Positions 8,443 through 17,999 are shown, counted from the stretch's first letter. The stretch: 64,000 nt of DNA from Candidatus Goldiibacteriota bacterium HGW-Goldbacteria-1 (GCA_002839855.1 PGYV01000009.1:7220-71219); one strand, 5' to 3'. Notes: generated from the sequence alone by a model not told the origin. Numbers and translations: made by a program.

Positions 8443-10568
8443 TTTCCACCCTCTTTTTCCATGTACTTTTTGCCTTCTTCTTCGAGCTTTTTAGCAAGGT
8501 TCCTTTTTATATTATCCATCATCCTTGACTGTGAATAGTCGTACTTCTTCTGCGCTGTCGTGTTATATACACGGAAATCAAAAGGCATCCAGCCTTCTTT
8601 ATCATAAGCGTATCCCGCATCTTTTATTCCAAAATTCGCGGCAATATTTGCTTCAAACTGTTTTGCAAGTTTTGGGCTAATATCAGTTTCTGCTTTAAAA
8701 TCAAGAGCCCTGTCCACGGTTATCCATCCCGCGCCTTTCACTTTTATATCGCCTGCTTTTCCGTCAGCGCCTTTATCAAGGCGGAAGTTTTTTATGTCAA
8801 TTTTACCGGAAGCCATATTAAAACTGCCGCCCATAGTGTCAAATTCTATCGCATTTCCAAAATCTGTTATCCCCGTTTTTTTAGCAATATCTTTTCCCAT
8901 TTCCAGCGGCCCCACAAGGCCGTTTGACACATTAAAAAGACCGCTTCCTTTTACAGTATGTAAAACATCTTTAAATGTCACGCCTGAAAATTTTGCATTA
9001 ATGGCGGCTTTGCCCTGAACTTTTCCTTTTAAATCGTCAATAAACGTTTTCTTTGCAGGGTCTTTTCTTGGAAGCACCGCTATCACGTCATCTATAAGGC
9101 GGGTCATCTGTACTTTAGAAGTTATAAAGTCAAATGAGTATGTCTCTTTATTAATGTCAGAAACCGCGCTGCTGTTTATGTTTCCACTGTAAGCGGCAGC
9201 TGAAGCTTCCATATAAAATTTATTATTAACAAGCCTTACATTTGCTATTGTCTTTCCAATTTCTATTTCTTTAAAGGAAATTGCATCGGCTTTAATATTC
9301 AGATAAGCACCGGGTGCCTTTATGGCTTTTTTTGTTTTAGCAGCAGCTGTTTTTGTATTTACTAACTCTTTTTTTACAGCTGACTTTTCTTTTTTTGGTA
9401 TCAATGCCAGCAGGTATTCCACGGCAAGTTTGGGCGAGTATATATCAATATTAAAAACTCCGTTATCCAAGCTTGTAACATTGGTCCCGTTTATCTTTAC
9501 GTTTACATTGTTACCGGCAAGTTTAAAGTCCATGTCTGATTTTAAATTATATGCAGATGTTATTTCTGCCATGCCGTTAAAGTTTTCCACCGCTTTTTTT
9601 CCAAGATACAACACTTCCGCCTTTTCAATAGCGGCTGAATCCGAAAATGTAAATTTACCGTTCATAATAGAAAATTTTATATTATTTTTTACAACTCCGG
9701 AAAGAGTGACATCTTTCAACTTGGAAACAGTTGCTTCGGGCAGTATCTTTATTATACCGGGGATATCAGCAGTAGTTGTAATTTTACCTGTTACATCTTT
9801 AAAATTGGCAAGCTTTATATTCCCTTCACTTACCGTTCCCGCAATTACAAGTTTTCCCACGGCAATATCCGCGTCTTTTGATTTAAGGTCAAGCCTTACC
9901 TGTGATTTTAAATCCACCGGTATGTTATAAGAACCATAAACAGCGGTAAAATCAGATTTAATATCCACCGGAACCGCGGCGCTTAACAGCAGATTGCCTG
10001 TTGAAAAATTAAAATCTTTTAACTGCACGTTTACCGCTTTAACTTTTGAAACATCGGAATATATAAAATTTCCTTTTTTTACCGCCACCCCTGTAACTAT
10101 TATGTTATTAAATAAGGGTTTATCTGATTTTTTATCTTTCTTCAGGTTTTTCTTTTTTGCCGCTTTCTTTTCGCTGTTTAACATATCAGAAAAGTTAAAC
10201 TTACCGTCCGGCTTTTTAATTATTTTGGCGTAGGGTGAAACAAGTTCTATTCTGTTGATAATAAGATCTTTTTTTAGCAGGGCTAAAAGATTATACTTGA
10301 ATACAACACTTTCGGATTTAAGAAAGTTTTCCTTATTAGCGGCTCCGCCCTCTTTTATATAAACATTACTTATCTCTATACCTTTAAAAATATTAAATTT
10401 AAGTTCTCCAAGCCCTATTTCACGTCCCGTAGCTTCAGATGCTTCTTTTATTACAATCTGTTTTATCTTTTCCGGCGGAAACATAATGTAGACAGCTGCC
10501 GTGGCAGCGCCAAGCAATAAGACTATTATTCCTGTAATTATTAACACAACCTTTAAGAATTTTTTCAT
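8415..10568 (-). CDS. AsmA family protein
   Basis: N-terminal TM anchor, ATGREI motif, GKFNFSDM, beta-rich body, AsmA-like C-terminus. Confidence 0.8.
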   Translation of the reverse strand: MKKFLKVVLIITGIIVLLLGAATAAVYIMFPPEKIKQIVIKEASEATGREIGLGELKFNIFKGIEISNVYIKEGGAANKENFLKSESVVFKYNLLALLKKDLIINRIELVSPYAKIIKKPDGKFNFSDMLNSEKKAAKKKNLKKDKKSDKPLFNNIIVTGVAVKKGNFIYSDVSKVKAVNVQLKDFNFSTGNLLLSAAVPVDIKSDFTAVYGSYNIPVDLKSQVRLDLKSKDADIAVGKLVIAGTVSEGNIKLANFKDVTGKITTTADIPGIIKILPEATVSKLKDVTLSGVVKNNIKFSIMNGKFTFSDSAAIEKAEVLYLGKKAVENFNGMAEITSAYNLKSDMDFKLAGNNVNVKINGTNVTSLDNGVFNIDIYSPKLAVEYLLALIPKKEKSAVKKELVNTKTAAAKTKKAIKAPGAYLNIKADAISFKEIEIGKTIANVRLVNNKFYMEASAAAYSGNINSSAVSDINKETYSFDFITSKVQMTRLIDDVIAVLPRKDPAKKTFIDDLKGKVQGKAAINAKFSGVTFKDVLHTVKGSGLFNVSNGLVGPLEMGKDIAKKTGITDFGNAIEFDTMGGSFNMASGKIDIKNFRLDKGADGKAGDIKVKGAGWITVDRALDFKAETDISPKLAKQFEANIAANFGIKDAGYAYDKEGWMPFDFRVYNTTAQKKYDYSQSRMMDNIKRNLAKKLEEEGKKYMEKEGGKLIKQLFGK

Positions 10569-10659
10569 TGTATTACCTCCTTACATTTGACGTCATTTTA
10601 GCAGAAAGGGTTGCATAATGCATATACAAAACTTATATATTCAGTTTTATACCCTATAA

Positions 10660-10701
10660 AAACAAAATGGCCGGCGGGGCCTCACAGGGCCCGCGCCGGC
10701 C
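10660..10701 (-). terminator. GC-rich hairpin terminator after the recA cluster
   Basis: GGCCGGCG...CGCCGGCC stem followed by a T-run on minus. Confidence 0.6.
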
Positions 10702-10776
10702 GGAAAACAAAGGGCGTCAATAAACGGTTTATGGTTTTTGCCTTAAACCGTGATATATGCTAATGGGGTAACATTA

Positions 10777-11190
10777 TTATACAGCCGCCTTTAAGTTTTC
10801 CTTTTTGTTTTTATCTTTATAAGCGGTGAATTTTTCCCGCGTGGACTTTATTGCAGAACCGCAGATCTGGGAAATTGCACCAGCTTCTTTTACCAGTTCA
10901 TTAAACAAACCTTCCTTTTCAAGCCCGGCAAGCTGCAGGACTTCCATAAGATGCTTTGCCTCGTTTGAAAGCCTTTCTGTTTCTTCTAATCTTGAAAGAA
11001 AATCTTTTCCGGAACTGCTTTTACACGCCGCCCTGTAACTTGCGCCGGCCAAAGACGCGCATCTGACAATCATTTCTCCCAGAATGTCTGCCTCTGTCTT
11101 GTCCGGAAGTTTCGCGCACGCTGTTGCCGCGTCTGCCCCAAATTTCAAAGTCCTTTCACACATTTCTTTGCTGAACTGTTCTTTTTCCAT
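10777..11190 (-). CDS. four-helix-bundle protein (23S rRNA IVP-like), divergent
   Basis: ERTLKFG...RCASLAGASYRAACKSSSGKDFLSRL resembles family motif RSxxSxGANYxEA...SxxDF. Confidence 0.8.
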   Translation of the reverse strand: MEKEQFSKEMCERTLKFGADAATACAKLPDKTEADILGEMIVRCASLAGASYRAACKSSSGKDFLSRLEETERLSNEAKHLMEVLQLAGLEKEGLFNELVKEAGAISQICGSAIKSTREKFTAYKDKNKKENLKAAV

Positions 11191-11238
11191 AGCTCTACCC
11201 CTCTTTTTTCGGGACTCCCTGTCCCATAAATTTAAAAC

Positions 11239-12378
11239 CTATTTCTTTTTTGCCCCTTTTTTAGGTTTTTCAGTTTCTTCCGCTTTTACTTCTTCAGTGC
11301 CTTCCAAGTCTTCTAAATCATCTTCTTCCTCTTCTTCAACCGGCTCCGGCGCCTGGCCTGCCGCTTTTGCAAAGAACTTTTCTTTTGTTTCTTCTTCTAT
11401 AGTTGTGGTAATTTCCGGATGTGCCGTCAGATAATTAACTGAATTTTCTTTGCCCTGCCCGATTTTTTCACCTTTGTATATGTACCAGCTTCCGCTTTTT
11501 TCCACCACTCCAAAATCTACAGCAGCTTCCAGCGTGGCAGGCTCCCTTAAAATTCCCTTGCCAAAGATGATGTCAAAGAAGGCTTCCCTGAAAGGGGGCG
11601 CGACTTTGTTTTTTACAATTTTTGCTTTTACCCTGTTGCCCACCATTTCTTCGCCCTTCTTTATTGTTTCCACCCTTCTAATATCTATTCTGATGGATGA
11701 GTAAAACTTAAGCGCGCGTCCGCCCGGTGTGGTTTCCGGATTGCCAAACATAACGCCTATTTTTTCCCTTATCTGGTTAATGAAAATGACGATACACTTT
11801 GATTTATTTATTATGCCCGTCAATTTTCTCATTGCCTGTGACATAAGGCGTGCCTGAAGCCCCATATGGCTGTCGCCCATATCGCCTTCAATTTCGGCTT
11901 TAGGTACAAGGGCTGCCACAGAGTCCACTACAATTATGTCAACAGCGCCGCTTCTTACAAGTTTTTCAACAATTTCAAGCCCCTGTTCCCCGGTATCCGG
12001 CTGGGAGATAAGAAGTTCGCCCACATCAACGCCCACTTTAGCCGCGTATTCCGCGTCCATGGCGTTTTCCGCGTCCACATAAGCGGCCACGCCGCCAAGT
12101 TTCTGCGCCTGCGCCACGATGTTAAGCGCAAGTGTGGATTTACCGGAAGATTCCGGCCCGAATACTTCAATTATTCTTCCCTTGGGTATACCGCCTCCAC
12201 CAAGCGCTAAATCTAAAGATAAAGCCCCGGTAGGTATTGATTCTATCTTTCCTGTCTGTGTCTGTCCCAGTTTCATAATGGACCCCTTGCCGAATTCCTT
12301 TTCAATCTGCGCTATTGCAAGGCTTAACGCTTTTTTCTTTTCACTTTTACTTTCTTCCCTTTTGCTCTCTTCGCTCAT
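11239..12378 (-). CDS. recA: recombinase RecA
   Basis: [25 protein letters not shown]. Confidence 0.99.
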   Translation of the reverse strand: MSEESKREESKSEKKKALSLAIAQIEKEFGKGSIMKLGQTQTGKIESIPTGALSLDLALGGGGIPKGRIIEVFGPESSGKSTLALNIVAQAQKLGGVAAYVDAENAMDAEYAAKVGVDVGELLISQPDTGEQGLEIVEKLVRSGAVDIIVVDSVAALVPKAEIEGDMGDSHMGLQARLMSQAMRKLTGIINKSKCIVIFINQIREKIGVMFGNPETTPGGRALKFYSSIRIDIRRVETIKKGEEMVGNRVKAKIVKNKVAPPFREAFFDIIFGKGILREPATLEAAVDFGVVEKSGSWYIYKGEKIGQGKENSVNYLTAHPEITTTIEEETKEKFFAKAAGQAPEPVEEEEEDDLEDLEGTEEVKAEETEKPKKGAKKK

Positions 12379-12470
12379 TTCTGTTGCCTCCCTTTGTTTT
12401 CCTCTATGTTTTTTTGTACTGCGCCCTTTGTTTCCTTCTTGCCGGATAATTCTGCCGCTTTCCTATTATA

Positions 12471-12746
12471 TTAATTCAGATACTCGTTTAAGTTTCTGCC
12501 GTTCACGAATATTTCCGCCACAAGGTCTTTTCCCTTCACCTTTACAACCTTTCCAACATGTATTCTTTTTCCAAGCACAAGCGCGGTTAACATCTTTACG
12601 GCTTTTTCATAACCCGGATTGCCCTTTCTTGGCCCGTGATAATTGGCAAGCCTTATAAAAGCGCCGCTTCTGCTTCCCATTTTCCACCCGTACATTACCC
12701 TAAACGCGTCCACTTCACTTACAGCACTTACAATAAATGGCGACAT
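12471..12746 (-). CDS. small thermonuclease (SNase)-like OB-fold protein, catalytic residues degenerate
   Basis: SD GGAGG; IRLANYHGP, LTALVLGKRI, VNGRNLNEYL follow the SNase pattern. Confidence 0.65.
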   Translation of the reverse strand: MSPFIVSAVSEVDAFRVMYGWKMGSRSGAFIRLANYHGPRKGNPGYEKAVKMLTALVLGKRIHVGKVVKVKGKDLVAEIFVNGRNLNEYLN

Positions 12747-12761
12747 ATTTTCATCCTCCTG

Positions 12762-13382
12762 TTATAGTCCCGGTATGGTTGTGACAACAATTCCCTGTAT
12801 CATGAAATCATTTGTCAGTATTATCGGTTTGTGTTTAAGGTTGCTTGATTTTGGTTTTAAAAGGACCATATCCCCGCTTTTGTTGAATTCCTTTATTGTG
12901 GCTTCGTCGTCAATAAGCGCCACCACAATTTCTTTGTTGCGGGCAGTGCCCTGCTGCCTTACAAGCACAGCGTCCCCGTCGTTGATTCCGGCAAGGTTCA
13001 TGGAATCGCCCTTTGCGCGCAGCATGTAATACCTGTATGGCGGCGACGCAATGCGCGTGGACACCGGTATCATCTGTTCTATGTTCTCTTCCGCCAGAAT
13101 GGGCGAACCGCACGCCACCTGCCCCACAAGCGGCACTTCAACGGTCTGGACCCTGCTTTCATCACCGGAAAAGTTTTCAATGATCTGCAGGCCGCCTTCC
13201 GCGTTTCTTCTTACATAGCCCTTTGCCGCGAGTTTTTTAATAAGCTCCGCGGTTGACCGCGGCGACTTATAACCAAGCTCCTCCATAAGCTCTCTCACGC
13301 TTGGGCTGTGCCCCTTCATCAGGGTGTTTCTTACAGCCTTAATCAACTCTGTTTCCTTTGAACTAAGTGTATGTTTCTTCAT
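12762..13382 (-). CDS. lexA: SOS repressor LexA
   Basis: wHTH PSVREL; cleavage loop VACGSP; catalytic GDSM Ser and ATIK Lys. Confidence 0.95.
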   Translation of the reverse strand: MKKHTLSSKETELIKAVRNTLMKGHSPSVRELMEELGYKSPRSTAELIKKLAAKGYVRRNAEGGLQIIENFSGDESRVQTVEVPLVGQVACGSPILAEENIEQMIPVSTRIASPPYRYYMLRAKGDSMNLAGINDGDAVLVRQQGTARNKEIVVALIDDEATIKEFNKSGDMVLLKPKSSNLKHKPIILTNDFMIQGIVVTTIPGL

Positions 13383-13388
13383 GGCACA

Positions 13389-13417
13389 AGTATACACAAT
13401 GTATACATTTGTGTCAA
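13389..13417 (-). promoter_or_regulatory. lexA promoter with palindromic operator
   Basis: TTGACA(13417-13412)-17-TATACT(13394-13389); GTATACA-caa-TGTATAC at 13390-13406. Confidence 0.75.
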
Positions 13418-13681
13418 CAAAAATATACAGGTTATTTTAATTATTTTTATAGGGTATTTTTGTTAATTTGAATATGTTATTAATCACTTAAAAAAACCGG
13501 TTTATTTTAAAACCGTCATATTGCCTCTTTCTGCGCATCAAGTGGATAATAAAACCAGGATCCGGATCTGATTTCAGCATTTAACCCATTTTTTAATCGC
13601 AATAAATATAACACCTGATTTTAAGTTTTTTCAATAATTGCGCATATACATGCATCCCAAACAAATACTTGTTCAAACCGC

Positions 13682-13714
13682 TTGACAATTGTAATATTTA
13701 TATTACAATTGTCA
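13682..13714 (+). promoter_or_regulatory. promoter/operator of the MNT-HEPN module
   Basis: Perfect 14-bp inverted repeat TGACAATTGTAATA-ttta-TATTACAATTGTCA covering TTGACA and TACAAT. Confidence 0.75.
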
Positions 13715-13737
13715 TATAAATCAAATATAGGTGGATT

Positions 13738-14355
13738 ATGAAACTAAACAGCAGCCTTTCAGAATTATTTAATACACAGTCAAAAATTACACTTATTAAT
13801 TATATACTTACATCCGGATTCAACATGACAGGCAGGGAACTTTCGCGTGTATCCGGAATTTCCCATTCACAGGTAATTCTTATATTAAAAATATTTGAAT
13901 CATATAATCTGGTACTTGGAAGGCGTGCCGGAAAATCAGTTGTATGGAGCGCAAAACCCGGCAGCTATGCATTCAAATCTTTAGTTCGCATCTTTAAAAA
14001 CAGTGAATTGCTGAATCCCGTTTCTGATTTAATAAAGCGGCTTCAGCAGTGGAGCCTGAATAACAGCAGCCTTATATACAAATCTATATTATTTGGGTCT
14101 GTATCATCAGGTTCTGAAAGATTATCAAGTGATATTGACTTTTATGTCCTTGCCGTTTCAACAGAAGCAAAAGACAAAACCTTAAAACAACTTGAAGAAT
14201 TATCCTTATCATTTGTTTACTTATACGGCAATACACTTAGCCCATACATATTGACCAAAAAAGAACGGTCAGCCATAAAAAATAAAGCATTATTAAAAAA
14301 CATAGACGGGGGGATAGTTATTTATGACAAGGAAGGTAAAAACAAAAGAAGTTGA
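13738..14355 (+). CDS. HTH + minimal nucleotidyltransferase (MntA-like antitoxin)
   Basis: N-terminal wHTH (TGRELSRVSGIS); FGSVSSGSERLSSDIDF. Confidence 0.85.
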   Translation: MKLNSSLSELFNTQSKITLINYILTSGFNMTGRELSRVSGISHSQVILILKIFESYNLVLGRRAGKSVVWSAKPGSYAFKSLVRIFKNSELLNPVSDLIKRLQQWSLNNSSLIYKSILFGSVSSGSERLSSDIDFYVLAVSTEAKDKTLKQLEELSLSFVYLYGNTLSPYILTKKERSAIKNKALLKNIDGGIVIYDKEGKNKRS

Positions 14356-14743
14356 AAAACATTTTTATATTAACTACCTGAAAAAGGCTTTTGAAAACTG
14401 TGATTCAGCCGGGAATGCTTTAAAAGAAAAAGCTTTCAACGCAGCGGCCGTAAGCGCTGTTCATTCAGCCATATCTTCAGCAGACACCTTATGTGTTTAT
14501 GGACTTGGCAAAAGATGCGCTTCAGAAGACCACAAGGACGTTATTTCATTAATTATGGATTCTTCACATGCAAAAAAAGAAAATTCCGAAATTGTTAAAC
14601 TTTTTGATACAATAATCAAAATGAAGAATATGGCGGAATATGAAGAACGCCTTATTAAACCCGGAGAAGCAGAAAAAGCCGTTTCTATAGCAACAGATTT
14701 GCTTAACCTTGTCATACTACAACTGCCAAAACAGCAGCAATAA
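14324..14743 (+). CDS. HEPN domain protein (putative toxin)
   Basis: All-helical protein overlapping the MNT gene; AVHSAI, EDH, KNMAEY. Confidence 0.8.
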   Translation: MTRKVKTKEVEKHFYINYLKKAFENCDSAGNALKEKAFNAAAVSAVHSAISSADTLCVYGLGKRCASEDHKDVISLIMDSSHAKKENSEIVKLFDTIIKMKNMAEYEERLIKPGEAEKAVSIATDLLNLVILQLPKQQQ

Positions 14744-14788
14744 AGTCACAAACCGGTACTTAGCCATATATTTTGCAGAAACAAATAA

Positions 14789-15409
14789 TTACAGGTATTT
14801 TACCACCACATCAAGTTCGTGTTTGGAAGGCTGAACGCCCGGCTTGGCCGGATAGCCGATTGGAATAATTGCCACAAATTCGCCTTCGGGCTCCCCAAGA
14901 AAACCAAGCACATCCTTCTGCATTAAAGCAAGCACGCCAAGCCACACAGTGCCCAGCCCCAGCGATGTTGCGGCAATCAGCATGTTCTGCACGCTGGCCG
15001 CGGAGCTTTGAACCTCCATTATCCTGAAAAAGTCGTGCGCTGTTTCTTTATCAATTTTAAAAAGCTCTGTACCTCTTCTAATCAGTTCGCCTGTGTTCAT
15101 TACACCCACCACTACCGGCGCGTTTATAATGCTGCGCGACGCCATCCTTAGAAGCACGGCGGAAGGCTTGGGAAAATTTGATGAACGTTCGGCCACCATT
15201 GCCGCAAGGTCGTTTTTTGCCTTATCTTTTAGAACAATAAATTTCCACGACTGCTGATTGTGGGCGGACGGCGCCTGATGAGCCGCGTGAAGTATTGTTA
15301 ACAGGTCATCATCACTGATATTCTTATCTAAAAACGTGCGTATGCTTCTTCTGTCCCTTATACTGCGCAGAGTTTCATTCCTATCAAGGTATTGATTTGA
15401 ATTTTGCAT
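14789..15409 (-). CDS. nitroreductase family protein
   Basis: RRSIRTF, APSAHNQQSW, LGLGTVW, IPIGYP. Confidence 0.92.
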   Translation of the reverse strand: MQNSNQYLDRNETLRSIRDRRSIRTFLDKNISDDDLLTILHAAHQAPSAHNQQSWKFIVLKDKAKNDLAAMVAERSSNFPKPSAVLLRMASRSIINAPVVVGVMNTGELIRRGTELFKIDKETAHDFFRIMEVQSSAASVQNMLIAATSLGLGTVWLGVLALMQKDVLGFLGEPEGEFVAIIPIGYPAKPGVQPSKHELDVVVKYL

Positions 15410-15431
15410 TATTACCTCCTGAAATTTTGTT

Positions 15432-16190
15432 TTAAAACCCTATACCTGCCCTGAAAACTGTACGTTCTACCTTGTAATCTATCAGCCTTTCCCCATATCC
15501 ATGAAAAAACTGCAGAACTACAACCGGAAGAAACTGTTTCATGATAAACAAATTTCCGCGAAACGTTATTTCCTGCCCGCCTTTTAAAAGATCAACAGAT
15601 GACGGGCCGCCCGGGTATAACCTTATTGTAATGTCACTTCTGTCAAAAAATACTTTTGCAATATTATTTATAATAACCTGCAGTTCAAACGTGCCCCTGT
15701 AACGCTGCAAGTCAGGAGAAGTGGGGTCAGGCACATATGGATACCACACTTTAAATGTCCAGTGCAGCTCGTTCTCCTGCCCTATAAACATACCGTCTGT
15801 GTATCGCAGATAAAGTTTGTTCCAACTGCGCGAATCTTCACCCTGCATCCCGTTAGATTCATGGTCTAAAAGCCCTATGTCAAGCCAGGCAGAACGTTTG
15901 TTTTCAACAACTATCCTGAAAAACATGTCAGGGTTGTAATTAACGTCATACATGGGATGCGAATCTTCCCAAAGCCCCCAGTACATCTGCTGCGTGTAGG
16001 CGACAAAAAGCCCGCCATCCTGAACAGCGCGGAATTTTGTGCTTATCTGCATTTTGGAATCAGGCACGCCCAATATAAAATAATTTGAATTATAACCTTC
16101 CCCGGGCCAGTGCGGCGGATTGAATTCATTGGAATAGGAATATGCCGTCACAGGCAATAAAAGCATTATCAATATTTTCAGTATCTTCAT
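15432..16190 (-). CDS. pldA: outer membrane phospholipase A1 (PldA/OMPLA)
   Basis: HESNG...SRSWN catalytic motif, NYNPD, GYGERLIDY, C-terminal Phe. Confidence 0.88.
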   Translation of the reverse strand: MKILKILIMLLLPVTAYSYSNEFNPPHWPGEGYNSNYFILGVPDSKMQISTKFRAVQDGGLFVAYTQQMYWGLWEDSHPMYDVNYNPDMFFRIVVENKRSAWLDIGLLDHESNGMQGEDSRSWNKLYLRYTDGMFIGQENELHWTFKVWYPYVPDPTSPDLQRYRGTFELQVIINNIAKVFFDRSDITIRLYPGGPSSVDLLKGGQEITFRGNLFIMKQFLPVVVLQFFHGYGERLIDYKVERTVFRAGIGF

Positions 16191-16265
16191 GTTCACCGTC
16201 GTTTTTAAAACATTATACGCCCGTGCAGCGGCCTTTTCAAGGCACAGCTTTTATTTATAAATCCG

Positions 16266-16514
16266 TCATCCATGAATTGCGTGGCGCGGTTTTCTTAAAT
16301 CTTTTACAGTCCGGCACACGCTTTTCTTGTGCTTTGCCCACATCCCAAAAGCCGGATCTTCCAAAAGATTATATACCCCTTCCGGCACTAAATTAATAGG
16401 ATATATAACACCCTTTTCTTTTCCCCTGTGGGTAAGTATCACTTTTTCTTTTTTATCCATAGCGGATAAAATTAATTTCATTTTTCTTTTAACATTAAAA
16501 AAAGATACTTTCAT
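16266..16514 (-). CDS. Phd/YefM-like antitoxin (orphan)
   Basis: SD AAGGAG; VILTHRGKEKGVIYPI and FGMW motifs. Confidence 0.65.
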   Translation of the reverse strand: MKVSFFNVKRKMKLILSAMDKKEKVILTHRGKEKGVIYPINLVPEGVYNLLEDPAFGMWAKHKKSVCRTVKDLRKPRHAIHG

Positions 16515-16661
16515 TTTTTCTCCTTTAAGAAACCTGTAAAACTCCGGCAGATAAATTGAATATATAATTGTGTTTTTCAACTTCTACCTGCGCTTTGTAC
16601 CTGAATTCAATCCCTCCACATTCCCCTGATAAACCTATTTTCTTCTATTTCATTAAATATC

Positions 16662-17171
16662 TTATTTAAATCCATATTTTTTTACACTTTCATCTTTTGG
16701 TTTTTCTATCATTCTTCTTAAAGTTTCAAAAATTGCGTATATGTTTTTTTCACCTTTTTCCATTCTCACTTCAATTTCCCTTATCTTTTTAAGAATCTCT
16801 TTATGTGATTCTATCATCTGCCTTAATTTCACAAATGTCCTCATAATAAGTATGTTTACCTGTACTGCCCTTTTGCTCCGAAGAATTCCGGACAACATAG
16901 CAACACCCTGTTCCGTGAATGCCCTTGGAAGTTTTCTTGTTCCTCCCCAACTTGATGTTCCAAAATGGAACTTCAAGTTTTGGAATTCTTCCTCTTTCAG
17001 TACAAACATAAAATCTTCCGGAAACCTATCAAGATTTCTTGATACAGCCTTATTTAGATTTTTAGTACTTACGCCATATAAGGATGCAATATCCTTATCC
17101 AAAATTACTTTATGCGAACGTATTACAAGTATTTTACTCTCTATCATTTCAACCGGAACAAGAGAATTCAT
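16662..17171 (-). CDS. ORF6N (KilA-N) domain DNA-binding protein
   Basis: RNLDRFPEDFMF, PRAFTEQGVAMLSGILRS. Confidence 0.92.
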   Translation of the reverse strand: MNSLVPVEMIESKILVIRSHKVILDKDIASLYGVSTKNLNKAVSRNLDRFPEDFMFVLKEEEFQNLKFHFGTSSWGGTRKLPRAFTEQGVAMLSGILRSKRAVQVNILIMRTFVKLRQMIESHKEILKKIREIEVRMEKGEKNIYAIFETLRRMIEKPKDESVKKYGFK

Positions 17172-17254
17172 TGAATATAACCGAAAAAAAACAAGGACAT
17201 AATTTTATTCATAATACCCCTCTATGAGTTTTTATGAGATTTAAATACTTTGTA

Positions 17255-17282
17255 AGTATAATTCAGACTCTATTTTTGTCAA
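17255..17282 (-). promoter_or_regulatory. sigma70 promoter of ORF6N gene
   Basis: TTGACA-16-TATACT on minus. Confidence 0.55.
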
Positions 17283-17305
17283 TTAAAAAAAATACTTTTA
17301 ATATT

Positions 17306-17878
17306 TCATACGAATTTTCTTAATTTTAAACAGTAATTCTTTTTTGCTGCGGTTACATCAAGAACTTCATGCATTACTTTTGCCCTTTCTTTTATATCCA
17401 TCCCAGCGGAGTCATTTTTTGCCTTAACAATTACCTGCCGTAATTCTTCCGCAGTCATAACGGTGGCCGCGATACAGTAATAACTTTTAGAGCGGCCTTC
17501 ATTAAAATCATTCAGCATTTCTTTCAACAGTTTTTCTTTTACTTTCTGTCCCTTAATAAACTCTTTAACACCGTATTTTTGAACAAAAGCAATATCACCC
17601 TCAAGTGTCTGATAGCATTTAAAAGAGTCGTGCTTTTTCCCGGCTTCCCTGTGTTTTTTCCATTTACCGCACGTTTTATTTTCTTCACAATCCCAGCAGA
17701 ATTCAATCCCTTTATTTTTTACAGCACAGGTGATAAACGGGCATCCCGCGGACATTCTATAAGCGCTTTTACACCCCGGGCATCTGCTTTTTGCGTCTGT
17801 GTGATAATTGGGGCAAAGCCTGCACGATAACCCGCATATCCCCATTTCAGGATGTTTTATTTTCATAACATATCCCAT
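17306..17878 (-). CDS. DUF3795 Cys-rich protein
   Basis: CGLSCRLC, CPGC, C..C..KGIEFCWDC. Confidence 0.85.
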   Translation of the reverse strand: MGYVMKIKHPEMGICGLSCRLCPNYHTDAKSRCPGCKSAYRMSAGCPFITCAVKNKGIEFCWDCEENKTCGKWKKHREAGKKHDSFKCYQTLEGDIAFVQKYGVKEFIKGQKVKEKLLKEMLNDFNEGRSKSYYCIAATVMTAEELRQVIVKAKNDSAGMDIKERAKVMHEVLDVTAAKKNYCLKLRKFV

Positions 17879-17924
17879 AATGAATTTTTAATTCCCGATA
17901 ACCGCTCCCGTTTAAAAACTAAAC

Positions 17925-17999
17925 CCGCGGGCTGAAGACCCGCGTCTACCACTGCAAATTCAACTAATCAAAGCGAGACGCAATATATTGCGTCTCTAC
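17925..17999. repeat. tandem REPs: family A (17925-17950) and family C (17975-17999)
   Basis: CCGCGGGCTGAAGACCCGCGTCTACC and GAGACGCAATATATTGCGTCTCTAC. Confidence 0.85.

Noticed and set aside
9322..9930. Long antisense ORFs (also 12119-12658, 49876-50469, 51331-51894, 57894-58553)
   Set aside because: Shadow frames opposite well-supported genes, with no motifs or SD.
10684..10692. ACAGGGCCC as an attR copy of the tRNA 3' end
   Set aside because: Only 9 bp, lies in a terminator, also occurs inside a CDS near 4604, and there is no integrase.
10777..11190. DGR accessory protein Avd
   Set aside because: Similar fold family, but no reverse transcriptase or TR/VR repeat pair in the window.
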